The notes: generated from the sequence alone by a model not told the origin. Positions 9,511 through 20,862 are shown, numbered from the stretch's first letter. The stretch is 64,000 nucleotides of DNA from Nanobdellota archaeon (GCA_021810345.1 JAJZIX010000001.1:7847-71846), one strand, 5' to 3'. Made by a program: numbers and translations.

Positions 9511-10530
9511 ATGGACAATGAAGAAAGATTTAATTTAATCAAAAGGAATACCGTGGAGATCCTGGTTGAAAGCGAGCTCAAGGCCCTGCTGGATAGCGGC
9601 AAATCAATGTCTGCATATATAGGTCGGGCTACCACCGGCGCGCTTCACCTCGGCCATTTGATTGCTTTGAGCAAGCTAGTTGACCTTTCAAAAGCGGGAG
9701 TAGGAATTAAGGTTCTTCTTGCAGACATACATTCTGTCCTGGACGACCAAAAATCCAGATGGGAGCAGCTGGACCTGCGGGTTGAGTACACCAAAAAATG
9801 CATCGAGCTTGCATTTAACTGGGAGAAGCAGCCGGAGTTCATAAGAGGCTCTGATTATCAGTTGAGAAAGGAGTACGTTCTGGACATGCTGAAGGTCTCG
9901 ACGATCACAACAGTCGACAGGGCGATGCGCGCCGCTTCAGAAGTGACCAGGATGAAGAACCCAAAAGTCAGCGAACTTATCTATCCGCTTATGCAGGCGC
10001 TCGATGAAGAGTACTTGGATGTTGATATCCAGCTAGGCGGGCTTGATCAGAGGCACATACTGGCCTTGGCGAGGGAAGTCCTGCCAATGATTGGATACAA
10101 AAAGAGGATAGAGGTGATGACCCCTCTCGTGGCATCGATGCGCGGGCCGGGGACAAAGATGAGCTCATCGGTTCCAGAAAGTAACATAAAGATATATGAT
10201 TCAGAAGATGCGATCAAAAGAAAGATAAACAGCGCATACTGCCCAGAGGGAGTGGTTCAGGATAACCCAATACTGCAGATAGTCAAGTTTATGATACTGC
10301 CGGCGGATGGCAAGTTCAGGATTGAAAGAGATGAAAAGTTTGGGGGAGACCTTGAGATTGCAGATTACAACGAGTTGGAGAGATTATTCTCGGAGAAAAA
10401 GCTGCATCCTGCGGACCTTAAAGCTGCTGTCACTAGATACTTGGTGAACAGGTTCAAGTTTGCGCGCCAGTACTTCGAAAACAACCTGGACCTTTTGAAG
10501 GAACTAGGCAATGAGTTCTTGCCTTCCTGA
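9511..10530 (+). CDS. tyrS: tyrosyl-tRNA synthetase (archaeal type)
   Basis: HIGH motif ALHLGHL and KMSKS motif KMSSS. N-terminus FNLIKRNTVEILVESELKALL matches archaeal TyrRS. Confidence 0.85.
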   Translation: MDNEERFNLIKRNTVEILVESELKALLDSGKSMSAYIGRATTGALHLGHLIALSKLVDLSKAGVGIKVLLADIHSVLDDQKSRWEQLDLRVEYTKKCIELAFNWEKQPEFIRGSDYQLRKEYVLDMLKVSTITTVDRAMRAASEVTRMKNPKVSELIYPLMQALDEEYLDVDIQLGGLDQRHILALAREVLPMIGYKKRIEVMTPLVASMRGPGTKMSSSVPESNIKIYDSEDAIKRKINSAYCPEGVVQDNPILQIVKFMILPADGKFRIERDEKFGGDLEIADYNELERLFSEKKLHPADLKAAVTRYLVNRFKFARQYFENNLDLLKELGNEFLPS

Positions 10531-10927
10531 TATGGCGGGTGATTTCGTTTTCGAGGAAAAAGTGAAGATCTATGATACAGACGCGCAGGGAGTAGTCCAC
10601 TACGCGGGTTATTACCGCTTTTTCACGGACGCACTCGAATCTTTCTCGTCCAGCAAACTTGGTGAAACACTTTCGGAAGTCAGCAAGAATATATGGTTTG
10701 TTGTAGTGGAATCAAATGCAAAATACTACAAGCCGGCCAGGATGGGCGACAAGCTTGATGTGCACCTGTCCTACAAGCTGCTATCAGACAAATCCATCAG
10801 GTTCGACTTTAAGATATTTAAATCGCAGGAGCTGGTATGCGAGGGATTTATAACTCAGGTTTCAATAGACAGGGATGAATGGAAAGCCACTCCTATACCG
10901 CGCGAAATACTCGATAAGCTGGCCTAA
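10511..10927 (+). CDS. acyl-CoA thioesterase, hotdog fold (4HBT/YbgC-like)
   Basis: DAQGVVHYAGYYRFF resembles the 4HBT active-site motif (DxxGHVNNAxY). About 135 aa. Confidence 0.55.
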   Translation: MSSCLPDMAGDFVFEEKVKIYDTDAQGVVHYAGYYRFFTDALESFSSSKLGETLSEVSKNIWFVVVESNAKYYKPARMGDKLDVHLSYKLLSDKSIRFDFKIFKSQELVCEGFITQVSIDRDEWKATPIPREILDKLA

Positions 10928-11577
10928 AAATCTTCCAGCGATCTGTTGTTAAGGTGATCCAGGGTTCTCCATGTCCTTCTTATCTGATCAGCGTACTTTT
11001 TTTCGTTTATTCTCCCGCTTTTCGAGAGCAGTTCAAGGAATTCTTTTGTTTTTGGATCCGAGGGATAACCGCTCCCAAAGTCATACTCCCACTCTTTTCT
11101 GATTTTAGCTACTTCTCTTTCGCGCCTGGCTTTGGCGATTATGGATGCTGCGGAGACCTCAACGTAATCCCTGTCGGCGTAGTTTTCGGCGATTATCTCT
11201 TTCCCATGTATCCTTGCCTCCAGGTAATCTCTGACTTTCCTCGTGTTTGCGCTTGGGGAATCCACTATTACAGTCTCGCCTTTCAGCGAATTTGCGATAT
11301 CGCTCATCATGTCCAGCTCCAGATAGTTAAGGTTCTTCCCATCGGCAAATCTGCTGTCTATCTCTTTTGGCTGTATCAGCCTTATCTCATAGCCGGCCGA
11401 TTCGGACATTATCACTTTCTCTAGCATTACGATCCTGCGTATGCTGAGCATCTTTGAATCCTTGACTCCGATTTTCCTAAACTTATCAGCAGTCTCCTCA
11501 TCCAAGGCCACTCCTCCTATCGTCATCGGACCTATGACAGGACCGCGGCCTGCTTCATCAATTCCTATCCTTATCAT
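10924..11577 (-). CDS. rnhB: ribonuclease HII
   Basis: N-terminus MIRIGIDEAGRGPVIGPM carries the RNase HII catalytic motif. 217 aa. Confidence 0.85.
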   Translation of the reverse strand: MIRIGIDEAGRGPVIGPMTIGGVALDEETADKFRKIGVKDSKMLSIRRIVMLEKVIMSESAGYEIRLIQPKEIDSRFADGKNLNYLELDMMSDIANSLKGETVIVDSPSANTRKVRDYLEARIHGKEIIAENYADRDYVEVSAASIIAKARREREVAKIRKEWEYDFGSGYPSDPKTKEFLELLSKSGRINEKKYADQIRRTWRTLDHLNNRSLEDF

Positions 11578-11902
11578 CTTTGATTTCCACCGGATGCTTT
11601 ATTTCATCCGCCCTAAATTTTGCGTGGCCGAACTGTATTATCATCTTTATCCCCAGCTTTTCCAGCCCGGTTGGTATATCGCACGCTCCGTAAGCGCTTC
11701 CGCCCCATATGTATACTTCTGCGCCGGTTTTCTTGTGTAGCAAATCTGATATCTCAAGCGCGTGCATCTTGAATCCGTCTGGAATCTGTATGGCTATCTT
11801 ATCATAGTTTTTCTCCTTTATACGGCTGGCCATCTCATCAAAATCTATATCGTACTTATCCGTAAGGTACTTTATTCCCTTGGATACCGGTTCTTCAGAC
11901 AT
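11558..11902 (-). pseudogene. dph2: truncated diphthamide synthase Dph2 (N-terminal domain only)
   Basis: IAIQIPDGFKMHALEISDLL...VYIWGGSAYGACDIPTGLEKLGIKMIIQFGHAKF matches the first domain of archaeal Dph2 (LIQSPEGL...GEINYGACD...LIHLGHS). The reading frame ends after about 115-130 aa where it runs into rnhB. Full Dph2 is about 340 aa with three domains. Confidence 0.5.
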
Positions 11903-11940
11903 AACTTTCAATTCTGCATCCTGGATATAAATACTATACA

Positions 11941-12624
11941 ATGCCAATAAACACAATGGATAAGGAAAAATTCCTTAAAGCTGTATCCATTCTGCAAGGC
12001 AGATACAAGATAAAAAACAGGAAAGAGAAGCCGTTTGACGTGCTAATTCACGGGATACTTTCCACCAGGACGAAGGATACTACAACATTTCCTGCGCAGA
12101 GAAGGCTCCTGTCGCTAGCTGATACGCCACAGAAGATGCTGAAGCTAAGCGATAAGGAGATAAAGGACGTGATATACCCTGTTGGTTTCTACAGGACGAA
12201 GGCAAAGCTGGTGAAGAGGGCGTGCCGAGTCCTCATTGATAAGTATGGCGGCAAGGTTCCTGATACGAAAAAGGATTTGATGTCGCTGCCCGGCGTAGGA
12301 CACAAAGTCGCAAGTCTCGTGCTAGTATGGGGCTTCGGCCTGCCGTTCATCCCTGTGGATACCCATGTCAGCAGGGTATCGCAAAGGCTTGGGATTGTAA
12401 AAAAAGGAACAAAGCCGGAGAAGATAGAGGAGTTTCTAGAGGGTATAACCCCTGCCAAGGACAGGATCCTGCTGAATCACCTGTTTGTAACTTTTGGCAG
12501 GGATATATGTAAGCCAGTTTCGCCTCTATGCTACAAATGTCCAGTCTATGAATTGTGCGAGTTCAGCGGCAAAAAGCATTATTTCGACAGGGGGAAAAAA
12601 CTTTTTAACCCTGCGAAGACCTAA
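11941..12624 (+). CDS. nth: endonuclease III (HhH-GPD DNA glycosylase/AP lyase with 4Fe-4S cluster)
   Basis: HhH-GPD region LMSLPGVGHKVASLVLVWGFG...PVDTHVSRV. Four-cysteine cluster CKPVSPLCYKCPVYELC. Confidence 0.8.
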   Translation: MPINTMDKEKFLKAVSILQGRYKIKNRKEKPFDVLIHGILSTRTKDTTTFPAQRRLLSLADTPQKMLKLSDKEIKDVIYPVGFYRTKAKLVKRACRVLIDKYGGKVPDTKKDLMSLPGVGHKVASLVLVWGFGLPFIPVDTHVSRVSQRLGIVKKGTKPEKIEEFLEGITPAKDRILLNHLFVTFGRDICKPVSPLCYKCPVYELCEFSGKKHYFDRGKKLFNPAKT

Positions 12625-12630
12625 AGTCAT

Positions 12631-13377
12631 ATGGTCTACACATACCGAAGCTTCGCAAGCGATGTCCTGAAGGGGCTGACTTTCTTTTTGGATTTAAGGC
12701 TTCTTTTTGTTTTTGTGCTCATCTTCCTATCAATATTTATTTTCAATTACCTTGGGCTGTTCGCTTTGTTCGGCCTGACGCCGCACCTCTCGCTCTCATC
12801 CGCACGCGCGATGCAGAACCCGGCAGGCGCAGATATTGGGTTGCTTTTGTTTGTAGTGTCGGTGTTTATTGTCATCTTTCTGCTTGAATTGGAACTTTAT
12901 GTTAAGCAAGACCAGGCTAAACACAAGAGCATCTCAAGCATGCTACGCACGGCTGTTGTAAATTATCCGGAATTTATAATCGCGACTTTCTTCCAGTATC
13001 TTGTTATGATAGGCGGGTTGATACTTTTCGTTGTGCCTGGCCTAATTCTTGGCCCGCTCTATGAATTTATAAGCACGTCCACCATCGTCGATAATGCTGC
13101 CTTCTTCAAGGCCGCCGAGGCTTCCAGCTCTGCGGCGAAATCTGATTTTGTAAAGTCGCTTATTCTTCTGCTGCTCTTTTTGGCGATTGGCTTTGTCTTT
13201 CTCTATGTGCTTATGATAGCCCTTGGAGGTGTGGGCCTTCTTTACAGGTATATAATAGGCAGCCTGCTGCTGTCTTATTTGCTTGTAGCTTTCACTGCAA
13301 CCTCGTTTGAGGTATTCTACAGTCTCAACATAGCATCCGGAGGAAGCAAAAAGAAACTTGTAATAAATCCAAACTGA
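12631..13377 (+). CDS. polytopic membrane protein of unknown function
   Basis: 248 aa with at least six hydrophobic segments. No motif recognised. Confidence 0.35.
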   Translation: MVYTYRSFASDVLKGLTFFLDLRLLFVFVLIFLSIFIFNYLGLFALFGLTPHLSLSSARAMQNPAGADIGLLLFVVSVFIVIFLLELELYVKQDQAKHKSISSMLRTAVVNYPEFIIATFFQYLVMIGGLILFVVPGLILGPLYEFISTSTIVDNAAFFKAAEASSSAAKSDFVKSLILLLLFLAIGFVFLYVLMIALGGVGLLYRYIIGSLLLSYLLVAFTATSFEVFYSLNIASGGSKKKLVINPN

Positions 13378-13481
13378 CGCTTTTTCCTTCTTTTAAGGGA
13401 TATAATTCATACAGAAAGCTTTAAATACTAACAATTGTCATAAATAACAGTTAAAAATCTTATTTATAAGAGGTTACCTGC

Positions 13482-13715
13482 TTGGATATCAACGTTTTTG
13501 CCAGTCGTCTGTCCCCGAAGTACAGAATATTGACCCAAGATGAAGTCGCCGCTCTCCTGGAAAAATTCAAGGTAACAACAAAAGATCTGCCAAAAATAAA
13601 AGCTAATGATCCTGCTGCTAAAGCCCTGAATGCATCAGAAGGCGATGTGATAAAAATAACAAGAAAAAGCCAGAGTGCCGGCGAAACAGACTATTATAGG
13701 GCCGTTACGAAGTGA
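13482..13715 (+). CDS. rpoH: DNA-directed RNA polymerase subunit H (Rpb5-like)
   Basis: YRILTQDEVAALLEKFKVTTKDLPKIKANDPAAKALNASEGDVIKITRKSQSAGETDYYRAV matches RpoH (HEIVPKEEVEEIL...LPKI...GDVVRVIRKSPTAG). Apparent TTG start. Heads the RNAP operon. Confidence 0.75.
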   Translation: MDINVFASRLSPKYRILTQDEVAALLEKFKVTTKDLPKIKANDPAAKALNASEGDVIKITRKSQSAGETDYYRAVTK

Positions 13716-15199
13716 TTGACATGGATAAACAAGCTCAGGAAGCACTGCTCATGTTGTCTCTTAGATCTAAGGGTATGGCGGCCCATCACATAACTTCATT
13801 TGAATATTTCATAGATCATGGCCTGCAGAAGGCAATCGACAGCGAGAGCGTAATAGAACCCGTCATAAAGCCCCTGGGATCCGATGACTTCAAGATAAAA
13901 CTTGGTAAGATAACGATAGGAAGACCGGATATCCTGGAAGCTGATGGAATCTCAAGGCAGGTAACACCTATGGAGGCAAGGATAAGGGATCTTACTTATG
14001 ACGCCCCGATGATGCTTACTGTCTCTTACTTCTCAAACAATGAGAAAATAGCCGAAGAGGAAGTCAACATAGGCAGGATACCAATAGTTGTAAAGTCGAA
14101 GTATTGCAATCTGTACGGATTGAACGAGACCGAGCTAAGGAACCTAAAAGAGGATCCTAATGACCCGGGAGGGTACTTCATAATAAGCGGCACGGAGAGA
14201 ATAATAATAACTACAGAGGATCTTGCGCCGAACAACATACTAATAAACAAGGACAACCAGGAGGGTTTCATATACTCCTGCAAGATATTCGCCGATTCTG
14301 ATACGATAAAGGTGCCGCACTCGATACAGCTTTCATCCAGCAACCTGCTGTACATAACATTTGGAAAGGTCAAGAGGGCGCCTCTTGTAGTGATGATAAA
14401 AGCACTTGGCCTGGATCACGATGATACTCTAATAAAGAAAATAGCCGGCGGAAACGAGGATGTAGAGAACACAATAAGCATGAACCTCACTGCATTTGAT
14501 GTCGAAACAGAAAAGGACGCGCTTGAATATATAGGACGGTCACTTCACTCAGTGCATCCTAAGGACACAGCAGAGGCAAACATAGACTCGGTTCTCCTTC
14601 CTTTTCTTGGCAGAGACAAGGACTCGAGGAAGATAAAATCAGAATACTTAGTCTACGTGACGTCACTTCTACTAAAGAATGCTCTTGCAGGCACCGAGGT
14701 GGACAAGGACCACTACTCGAATAAAAGGCTCCACTCAGAATACTACAACATGGACATGTTGTTCAGATCAGTATTCAGGCAGGTAATAAATGATGCAAAG
14801 TACAATTTTGAAAGAGGGATAAAAAGGGACAAAGTGCCTAGCCCCAAGTACATATTTACATCCGATCAGCTTACAGCAAGGATAAAATCTGCTCTTGCAA
14901 CAGGCCAGTGGGTTGGTGGCAGGGTTGGGATAACACAGCACCTTGACAGAAGGAGCTTCCCATCAACGATATCCCACTTGAGGAAAGTCGAGTCTCTGCT
15001 TACATCAAACAGGGAAAACTTCAGGGCGAGGGATCTGCATGGAACGAACTTCGGCAGGTTCTGTGCTGTCGAGACTCCCGAAGGACCAAAGATAGGCCTT
15101 ACGAAGAATCTGGCAGTCCTAGCGACAATCTCTGAAGAAGGAATCGATTACAAAGAGGTACTTGAAAAGATAAAGAAATACGGGGTAAAACCAATATGA
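13712..15199 (+). CDS. rpoB2: RNA polymerase subunit B'' (N-terminal half of the split B subunit)
   Basis: 495 aa. Rpb2 N-terminal-domain sequence. 4-nt overlap with rpoB'. Confidence 0.9.
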   Translation: MIDMDKQAQEALLMLSLRSKGMAAHHITSFEYFIDHGLQKAIDSESVIEPVIKPLGSDDFKIKLGKITIGRPDILEADGISRQVTPMEARIRDLTYDAPMMLTVSYFSNNEKIAEEEVNIGRIPIVVKSKYCNLYGLNETELRNLKEDPNDPGGYFIISGTERIIITTEDLAPNNILINKDNQEGFIYSCKIFADSDTIKVPHSIQLSSSNLLYITFGKVKRAPLVVMIKALGLDHDDTLIKKIAGGNEDVENTISMNLTAFDVETEKDALEYIGRSLHSVHPKDTAEANIDSVLLPFLGRDKDSRKIKSEYLVYVTSLLLKNALAGTEVDKDHYSNKRLHSEYYNMDMLFRSVFRQVINDAKYNFERGIKRDKVPSPKYIFTSDQLTARIKSALATGQWVGGRVGITQHLDRRSFPSTISHLRKVESLLTSNRENFRARDLHGTNFGRFCAVETPEGPKIGLTKNLAVLATISEEGIDYKEVLEKIKKYGVKPI

Positions 15200-16998
15200 C
15201 TTTTGTTTTTATAAATGGTGTTTTGAGCGGAAGGACCGACGATGGCGAGGCGCTCGAGAAAGCGATAATTAAGGACAGGCGCAGCGGAGAGATACCTCAG
15301 TTCGTTAATGTCAGGTACAAGAAAGAAACGGACACAGTCATGATAAATTCCGACAGCGGTAGGCTTACACGTGCACTTATTGTGGTCAAAAATGGCAAGC
15401 CGGCAGTGACAAAGGACGATGTTAGCATGCTCATAGAGGGGCATATAAGTTGGGATGATCTTGTAAAAGCAGGCAAGATAGAATACCTCGATGCCGATGA
15501 GGAAGAGAATACTTACGTTGCTCTAGACGAGAGTGAGCTTACTCCGGAGCACACGCATCTAGAAATAACTCCTCTGTCAATATTTGGTACGCAGGCCGGT
15601 ATGCTTCCATTCATAAATCACAGCAACCCGCACAGGAATCTCCCGGGCGTGAAAAGCATACAGCAGGGGGTAGGCGTATACTCAACTAATTATTTAATAA
15701 GGGCTGACAACGAATCGATGATTGCAGTAGACCAGCAGCTGCCTATAGTCAGAACCAGGCTTTATGATAATGAGGGCATAAAAACCCATGTAATCGGCCA
15801 GAATATTGTCGTTGCAGTGGTTTCATATCTTGGGTACAATATGGACGATGCGATAATCATAAACAAGTCCTCAGTGGATCGTGGGCTTTTCAGGTCGATG
15901 TTCTTCAGGCCGTACAAAATAGAGGAGACCAAGTATGTCGGCGGACAGTCTGATGTAATAACGGTGCCAGATAAAGATGTAGGTGGCTATAGATCAGAAG
16001 ATGCCTACAAGTTTTTAGATGAAGACGGAATCGCTTTTCCAAATGCTCATGTTGACAGCGGAGACGTACTTATAGGCCGCGTATCACCTCCGCGCTTCAT
16101 CTCATCAATAGATAAGTTCAGGCTTGGCGTTCAGAAGCAGGTAGAGTCTTCGCTCGAATGCAGGACCGGAGAAAGCGGTATAGTCGAAAATGTTTTCATA
16201 ACCTCCACTACCGAAGGCAACAAGTATATCTCGCTGAAGGTTCGCCAGGAAAGAAGAGTGGAGATAGGCGACAAGTTCGGATCAAGGAGCGGGCAGAAAG
16301 GAGTTGTCGGAATGATACTGCCGCAGGAGGACATGCCATTCACTTACTCAGGTATAGTACCGGACCTGCTATTCTCACCGTACTCGCTTCCAAGCAGGAT
16401 GTCATTAGCCTACTTGCTGGAGCTCATAGGCGGAAAAGTTGGCGCGATGGGTGGACACATAGTTGATGGTACCTCTTTCACAGGTGAATCAGAGGAATCT
16501 CTAAGAGCGGAGCTAAAAAGCTATGGGTTTAGGGACAATGGCGTAGAGACCATGTACAATGGTATAACCGGTGAACAGATGTCGGTAAGGATCTTTGTGG
16601 GTGATATATCTTACATAAGGCTTAAGCACTTTGTGGCAAACAAGATCCAGTGGAGAGCCAGAGGTCCAGTCCAGCTGCTTAACAGGCAGCCTACTGAAGG
16701 TAAATCAAAGCACGGTGGCCTTAGGCTTGGGGAGATGGAGAAAGACTGCTTTGTTGCTTATGGTGCGGCACTCACGCTTAAAGAGCGTTTCGATTCCGAT
16801 AAGATCATGGTTCCAGTCTGCACTAAATGCGGCATGACTGCAGTTTATAATGTAAAGAAGAAGGTGGGGTACTGCCCGATCGATGGAGACAATGCGCCGA
16901 TTAAGCTCGTTGAGGTCTCCGCTTCGTTCAAGATTTTGCTGGACGAGCTCAAGTCAATAGGCATATACCCTAAGATTCTGGTGGGGAGTAAAGTATGA
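15196..16998 (+). CDS. rpoB1: RNA polymerase subunit B' (C-terminal half of the split B subunit)
   Basis: 600 aa. Conserved Rpb2 C-terminal motifs (GDKFGSRSGQKGVVG, zinc ribbon CTKCG...C). Confidence 0.9.
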   Translation: MTFVFINGVLSGRTDDGEALEKAIIKDRRSGEIPQFVNVRYKKETDTVMINSDSGRLTRALIVVKNGKPAVTKDDVSMLIEGHISWDDLVKAGKIEYLDADEEENTYVALDESELTPEHTHLEITPLSIFGTQAGMLPFINHSNPHRNLPGVKSIQQGVGVYSTNYLIRADNESMIAVDQQLPIVRTRLYDNEGIKTHVIGQNIVVAVVSYLGYNMDDAIIINKSSVDRGLFRSMFFRPYKIEETKYVGGQSDVITVPDKDVGGYRSEDAYKFLDEDGIAFPNAHVDSGDVLIGRVSPPRFISSIDKFRLGVQKQVESSLECRTGESGIVENVFITSTTEGNKYISLKVRQERRVEIGDKFGSRSGQKGVVGMILPQEDMPFTYSGIVPDLLFSPYSLPSRMSLAYLLELIGGKVGAMGGHIVDGTSFTGESEESLRAELKSYGFRDNGVETMYNGITGEQMSVRIFVGDISYIRLKHFVANKIQWRARGPVQLLNRQPTEGKSKHGGLRLGEMEKDCFVAYGAALTLKERFDSDKIMVPVCTKCGMTAVYNVKKKVGYCPIDGDNAPIKLVEVSASFKILLDELKSIGIYPKILVGSKV

Positions 16999-19523
16999 AA
17001 CTTGATTCAAATTTTGTGTTTAGCAAGATAAAGGGAGTAGAGTTCGGACTGCTCTCACCGAAAACCATACAGAAGATGAGTGTAGTGCAGATTACATCAT
17101 CAGAGCTTTACGATATTGATGGTTTCCCCGTTGACGGCGGACTCTCTGATCTTAGGATGGGGGTCATGGATCCAGGACTGCTGTGCAAGACGTGCGGCAA
17201 TACAATAAAGGATTGCCCAGGGCATTTTGGCCACGTTGAGCTGGCAAGGCCGGTATTCAATATAAAAACTGTTTCTTACGTTTATAATCTGATAAATGCG
17301 ACGTGCAACTCATGCGGCAGGATACTTGTACCAGAAGCTACGCTGAAGAAGCTCAGTGAGGCTATACTTTCGGCCGAAGCCACGGGGGGTTATCAGAAGA
17401 AGCTGAAGACAATAAAAGCCATAATAAAGCACGCAAAGAATGTTACTGTGTGTCCATTCTGCAAGGAGAAGCAGCAGAAAATAAAACTGGACAAGCCATA
17501 CGTATTCACGTTGAATGGACAGAAGCTCACGGCCGTTGATATACTTGAAAGACTGGAAAAGATAAAGGATTCAGATCTTCAGTTCTTTGGTCTTGATCCG
17601 GACTACTCCAGGCCAGAGTGGATGATAATGTCTCTCCTCCCCGTCCCCCCAATAACAATAAGGCCGTCAATAACACTGGAAAATGGGCAGAGCAGTGTAG
17701 ATGACCTAACGCACAAGCTTACCGATATAGTAAGGACAAACCAGAGGCTTGCTGAAAACATAAAATCAGGCGCTCCAGAGATAATAATCGATGAGCTCTG
17801 GGATCTCCTTCAATACCACATTACCACATTCATATCAAACGGGACTGCCCAGGTTCCGGTTGCAAGGCATAAGTCAAACAAGAAGCTGAGGACACTCGAG
17901 GACAGGATAAAAGGCAAGGAAGGTATATTCAGGAGCCTTGTTTTGGGAAGGCGCGTAAACTATGGTGCTAGGTCCGTGATCTCTCCGGATGCTTTCCTCA
18001 GGTTTGACGAAGTCGGCGTTCCAATAACGATAGCCAAGGAAGTCACATACCCAGAGTACGTGACTGAAATAAACATTGACAGGATGAAAGCACTGGTCAA
18101 GAATTTTGATACCTACCCGGGCGCGAATTATGTGATAACACAGGACGGCATAAAGAAGAAAATAACCAGTACAACAGTACAGAACCTGGTCGATGAGCTG
18201 AAACCTGGATATATAGTCGAAAGGCATATGGTGAACGGCGATGTGATCCTTTTCAACAGGCAGCCTTCTCTTCACAGGCTTTCGATAATGGGACACAGTG
18301 TCAGGGTCCTGCCGTATAATTCACTGAGGATAAACCCCGCTTCGACCCTTCCATACGGTGCAGACTTCGACGGCGACGAGATGAATATACATATACTTCA
18401 GAATGAAGAGGCGCTTGCAGAAGCAGACATGATACTGAACATAAAGAACAACATAGTCTCACCAAGGCATGGGCTTCCATTGATAGGGGCTACACAGGAT
18501 TACATCTCTGGATGTGCCCTCCTAACAAGCAAGGATATGGAGATTGACGCAAAGACAGCAGAGTTTCTTCTTTCAAATTCCGGCGTGGAAGTTGACCTTA
18601 AGAAGAAAAAATATACTGGCAGGGAACTGTTCAGCATGCTTCTCCCGAAGGACCTAAACTTTGAGGGAAAGAGCAAGACCTACGATGCCACGGGTGATGA
18701 GGATTCAATAGTCAGGATAAAGAACGGCGTCTTGGAGAGCGGCGTGATGGATTCGTCCATAATAGGTAGGGAGAGCGGAAGCCTTATACAGTTCCTTTTC
18801 GTAAGGTACGGCGCAGATGTGACGGCAAAATTCATAGATCAGTCGAACAAGCTTGGCCTGCTGGAGCTCTTCAGAGACGGGATGAGCGTGAATATAAGCG
18901 AGTTTGATATTCCAGAAACCGCAAAGAAGGACATAAAGCAGATAATCGACGACAGCGTGAAAGAGGTCGATAGTCTACTGAAATCTGATGACAAGCTCAC
19001 GGAAGCCAGGATACTGAGCGTTACCAACAGGATAAGGATAAAGATAAGGGACGTACTTGATAAAAACATCTCGAAAGAGCACAATAACGTTCAGTCCATG
19101 ATGATAACAGGAGCAAAGGGCAACATAACCAATTTGATAGCTACAGTCGGCTCGATAGGCCAGCAGCTTCTGAGGGACGCAAGGATCAACATAGGATACG
19201 ATGGCCGCCTTACCACCCACTTTAAGAAGGGAGACAATGGTCTTTTGGCGAAGGGATTTGTTGTGTCGAATTACCGCAGCGGGCTGAATCCAGTCGAATA
19301 CTTCTTACACTCCGCAAGCTCCAGAGAGGGAATGATGGACAACGTGATACGTACCCCAATCTCGGGGTATATGCAGAGGCGTCTGTCTTCTGCGCTGCAG
19401 GACCTTAAGGTCGCTGACGACCTGTCGGTAAGGCTTGGCAACACAGTGGTGCAGTTTTTGTACGGTGAAGACGGAGTAGACGTGTCATTGAGCGACAGGG
19501 GTGAACTTAACATAAACATGTAA
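16995..19523 (+). CDS. rpoA1: RNA polymerase subunit A'
   Basis: 842 aa. N-terminal zinc motifs [17 protein letters not shown]. Catalytic [10 protein letters not shown] motif. Confidence 0.9.
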   Translation: MKLDSNFVFSKIKGVEFGLLSPKTIQKMSVVQITSSELYDIDGFPVDGGLSDLRMGVMDPGLLCKTCGNTIKDCPGHFGHVELARPVFNIKTVSYVYNLINATCNSCGRILVPEATLKKLSEAILSAEATGGYQKKLKTIKAIIKHAKNVTVCPFCKEKQQKIKLDKPYVFTLNGQKLTAVDILERLEKIKDSDLQFFGLDPDYSRPEWMIMSLLPVPPITIRPSITLENGQSSVDDLTHKLTDIVRTNQRLAENIKSGAPEIIIDELWDLLQYHITTFISNGTAQVPVARHKSNKKLRTLEDRIKGKEGIFRSLVLGRRVNYGARSVISPDAFLRFDEVGVPITIAKEVTYPEYVTEINIDRMKALVKNFDTYPGANYVITQDGIKKKITSTTVQNLVDELKPGYIVERHMVNGDVILFNRQPSLHRLSIMGHSVRVLPYNSLRINPASTLPYGADFDGDEMNIHILQNEEALAEADMILNIKNNIVSPRHGLPLIGATQDYISGCALLTSKDMEIDAKTAEFLLSNSGVEVDLKKKKYTGRELFSMLLPKDLNFEGKSKTYDATGDEDSIVRIKNGVLESGVMDSSIIGRESGSLIQFLFVRYGADVTAKFIDQSNKLGLLELFRDGMSVNISEFDIPETAKKDIKQIIDDSVKEVDSLLKSDDKLTEARILSVTNRIRIKIRDVLDKNISKEHNNVQSMMITGAKGNITNLIATVGSIGQQLLRDARINIGYDGRLTTHFKKGDNGLLAKGFVVSNYRSGLNPVEYFLHSASSREGMMDNVIRTPISGYMQRRLSSALQDLKVADDLSVRLGNTVVQFLYGEDGVDVSLSDRGELNINM

Positions 19524-19525
19524 AT

Positions 19526-20647
19526 ATGGAAATACCTAAAAAACATATAGAAGCTTTCAAGCAGAGATACGGGGAAAAGGCAGACCTAAAGAAGCTCGAA
19601 GAGATTTACAAGAAATCACTTATCACGCCAGGAGAGGCAGTTGGAGTAATAGCAGCTCAGAGCATAGGAGAGGCAAGTACACAGCTTACGCTCAAGACAA
19701 AGCACTCCGCAGGGCTTTCGGTGATAAATACAACTTCTGGGCTTCCAAGGCTGGTCGAGATATTTGACGCAAAGAAGGAGATAGCTACGCCCGTCATGGA
19801 CATATACTTGAAGCCGGAATACGCCAAATCTAAACAGAAAGCCGCGGAGTTCGCGAACAGGCTGATAGAAATAAGGATAAAAGACTTGGTTTCATCATAT
19901 GATGTTTCATTGAGGAAAAAAGCAGTCAACTTAGTATTCGACAGGGACACACTCAAATCATACAATTTAACGTTGAGGGATGTGACTCAGAAAATTTCGG
20001 CTGCAAAGATGACTTCTTCCATAGAAGGCGACACCGTAACGATATCTGACAAGTCATCAGACAACGTAAAGAAGCTGATCAGGCTGAGGAACAAAGTGGT
20101 GGACATAAGCATCTCAGGTATGCCTGGGATAAGCAGGGCTGTCCTAAACACAGCGGATGACGGTTCTTTTTGGATCAAGACTGTAGGGACTAATCTTGAG
20201 GAGGTCCTGAAGATGGAGGAAGTTGAGATCAGCTCGACAATATCGAATGATATCGTAGAAGTATCAAAGGTTCTTGGTATAGAAGCCGCAAGGAATCTTA
20301 TAATAGAGGAGATAGACAATACCCTGAGCAATGTCGGGCTTAAGGTGGATTTGAGGCATATGATGCTTATAGCCGATGCTATGTGCATGGACGGTACAGT
20401 AAGAGGCATAGGAAGGTACGGATTGAGCGGCGAAACTGAGTCAGTTCTGGCAAGGGCTTCGTTTGAGGTCCCTCTAAAGCACCTATTTGAAGCTGGAATG
20501 TACCATGAAACAGATCAATTTAAATACACCGCGAACAATATAATGTCTAATCAAGTGATACCCGTCGGAACTGGCGGTGTAAAGCTTGTGGTAAAAGATA
20601 ATGGAAAAGGAAATAGAAAAGACGATGAGAAAAAAGATAGCGAGTAA
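19526..20647 (+). CDS. rpoA2: RNA polymerase subunit A''
   Basis: 373 aa. Rpb1 C-terminal-region homolog directly following rpoA'. Confidence 0.9.
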   Translation: MEIPKKHIEAFKQRYGEKADLKKLEEIYKKSLITPGEAVGVIAAQSIGEASTQLTLKTKHSAGLSVINTTSGLPRLVEIFDAKKEIATPVMDIYLKPEYAKSKQKAAEFANRLIEIRIKDLVSSYDVSLRKKAVNLVFDRDTLKSYNLTLRDVTQKISAAKMTSSIEGDTVTISDKSSDNVKKLIRLRNKVVDISISGMPGISRAVLNTADDGSFWIKTVGTNLEEVLKMEEVEISSTISNDIVEVSKVLGIEAARNLIIEEIDNTLSNVGLKVDLRHMMLIADAMCMDGTVRGIGRYGLSGETESVLARASFEVPLKHLFEAGMYHETDQFKYTANNIMSNQVIPVGTGGVKLVVKDNGKGNRKDDEKKDSE

Positions 20648-20858
20648 GGAAGTCTCCATTGGAATGAACTCCACTGTCAGGGCTTTCAAGAACAAGCAGC
20701 TGGATTTTATCGTCTACGCGAAAAACATAAGTGAGGAGATGATGTCCGTACTAAATAAGCTGGACATAAATAAGTACGTTTATGATGGAGACAGTGAATC
20801 CCTTTCAATAGCATGCGCTAAATCCTTCAATATCTGCGTTCTAGGCGTTAAAAAATGA
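20601..20858 (+). CDS. rpl30e: 50S ribosomal protein L30e
   Basis: [33 protein letters not shown]...[25 protein letters not shown] matches the L30e pattern. Conserved position after rpoA''. Confidence 0.7.
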   Translation: MEKEIEKTMRKKIASKEVSIGMNSTVRAFKNKQLDFIVYAKNISEEMMSVLNKLDINKYVYDGDSESLSIACAKSFNICVLGVKK

Positions 20859-20862
20859 TTTT

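Noticed and set aside
10954-11740. Plus-strand ORFs of 156 and 99 aa opposite rnhB and dph2
   Set aside because: Antisense shadows with no motif. The minus-strand genes have clear catalytic signatures.
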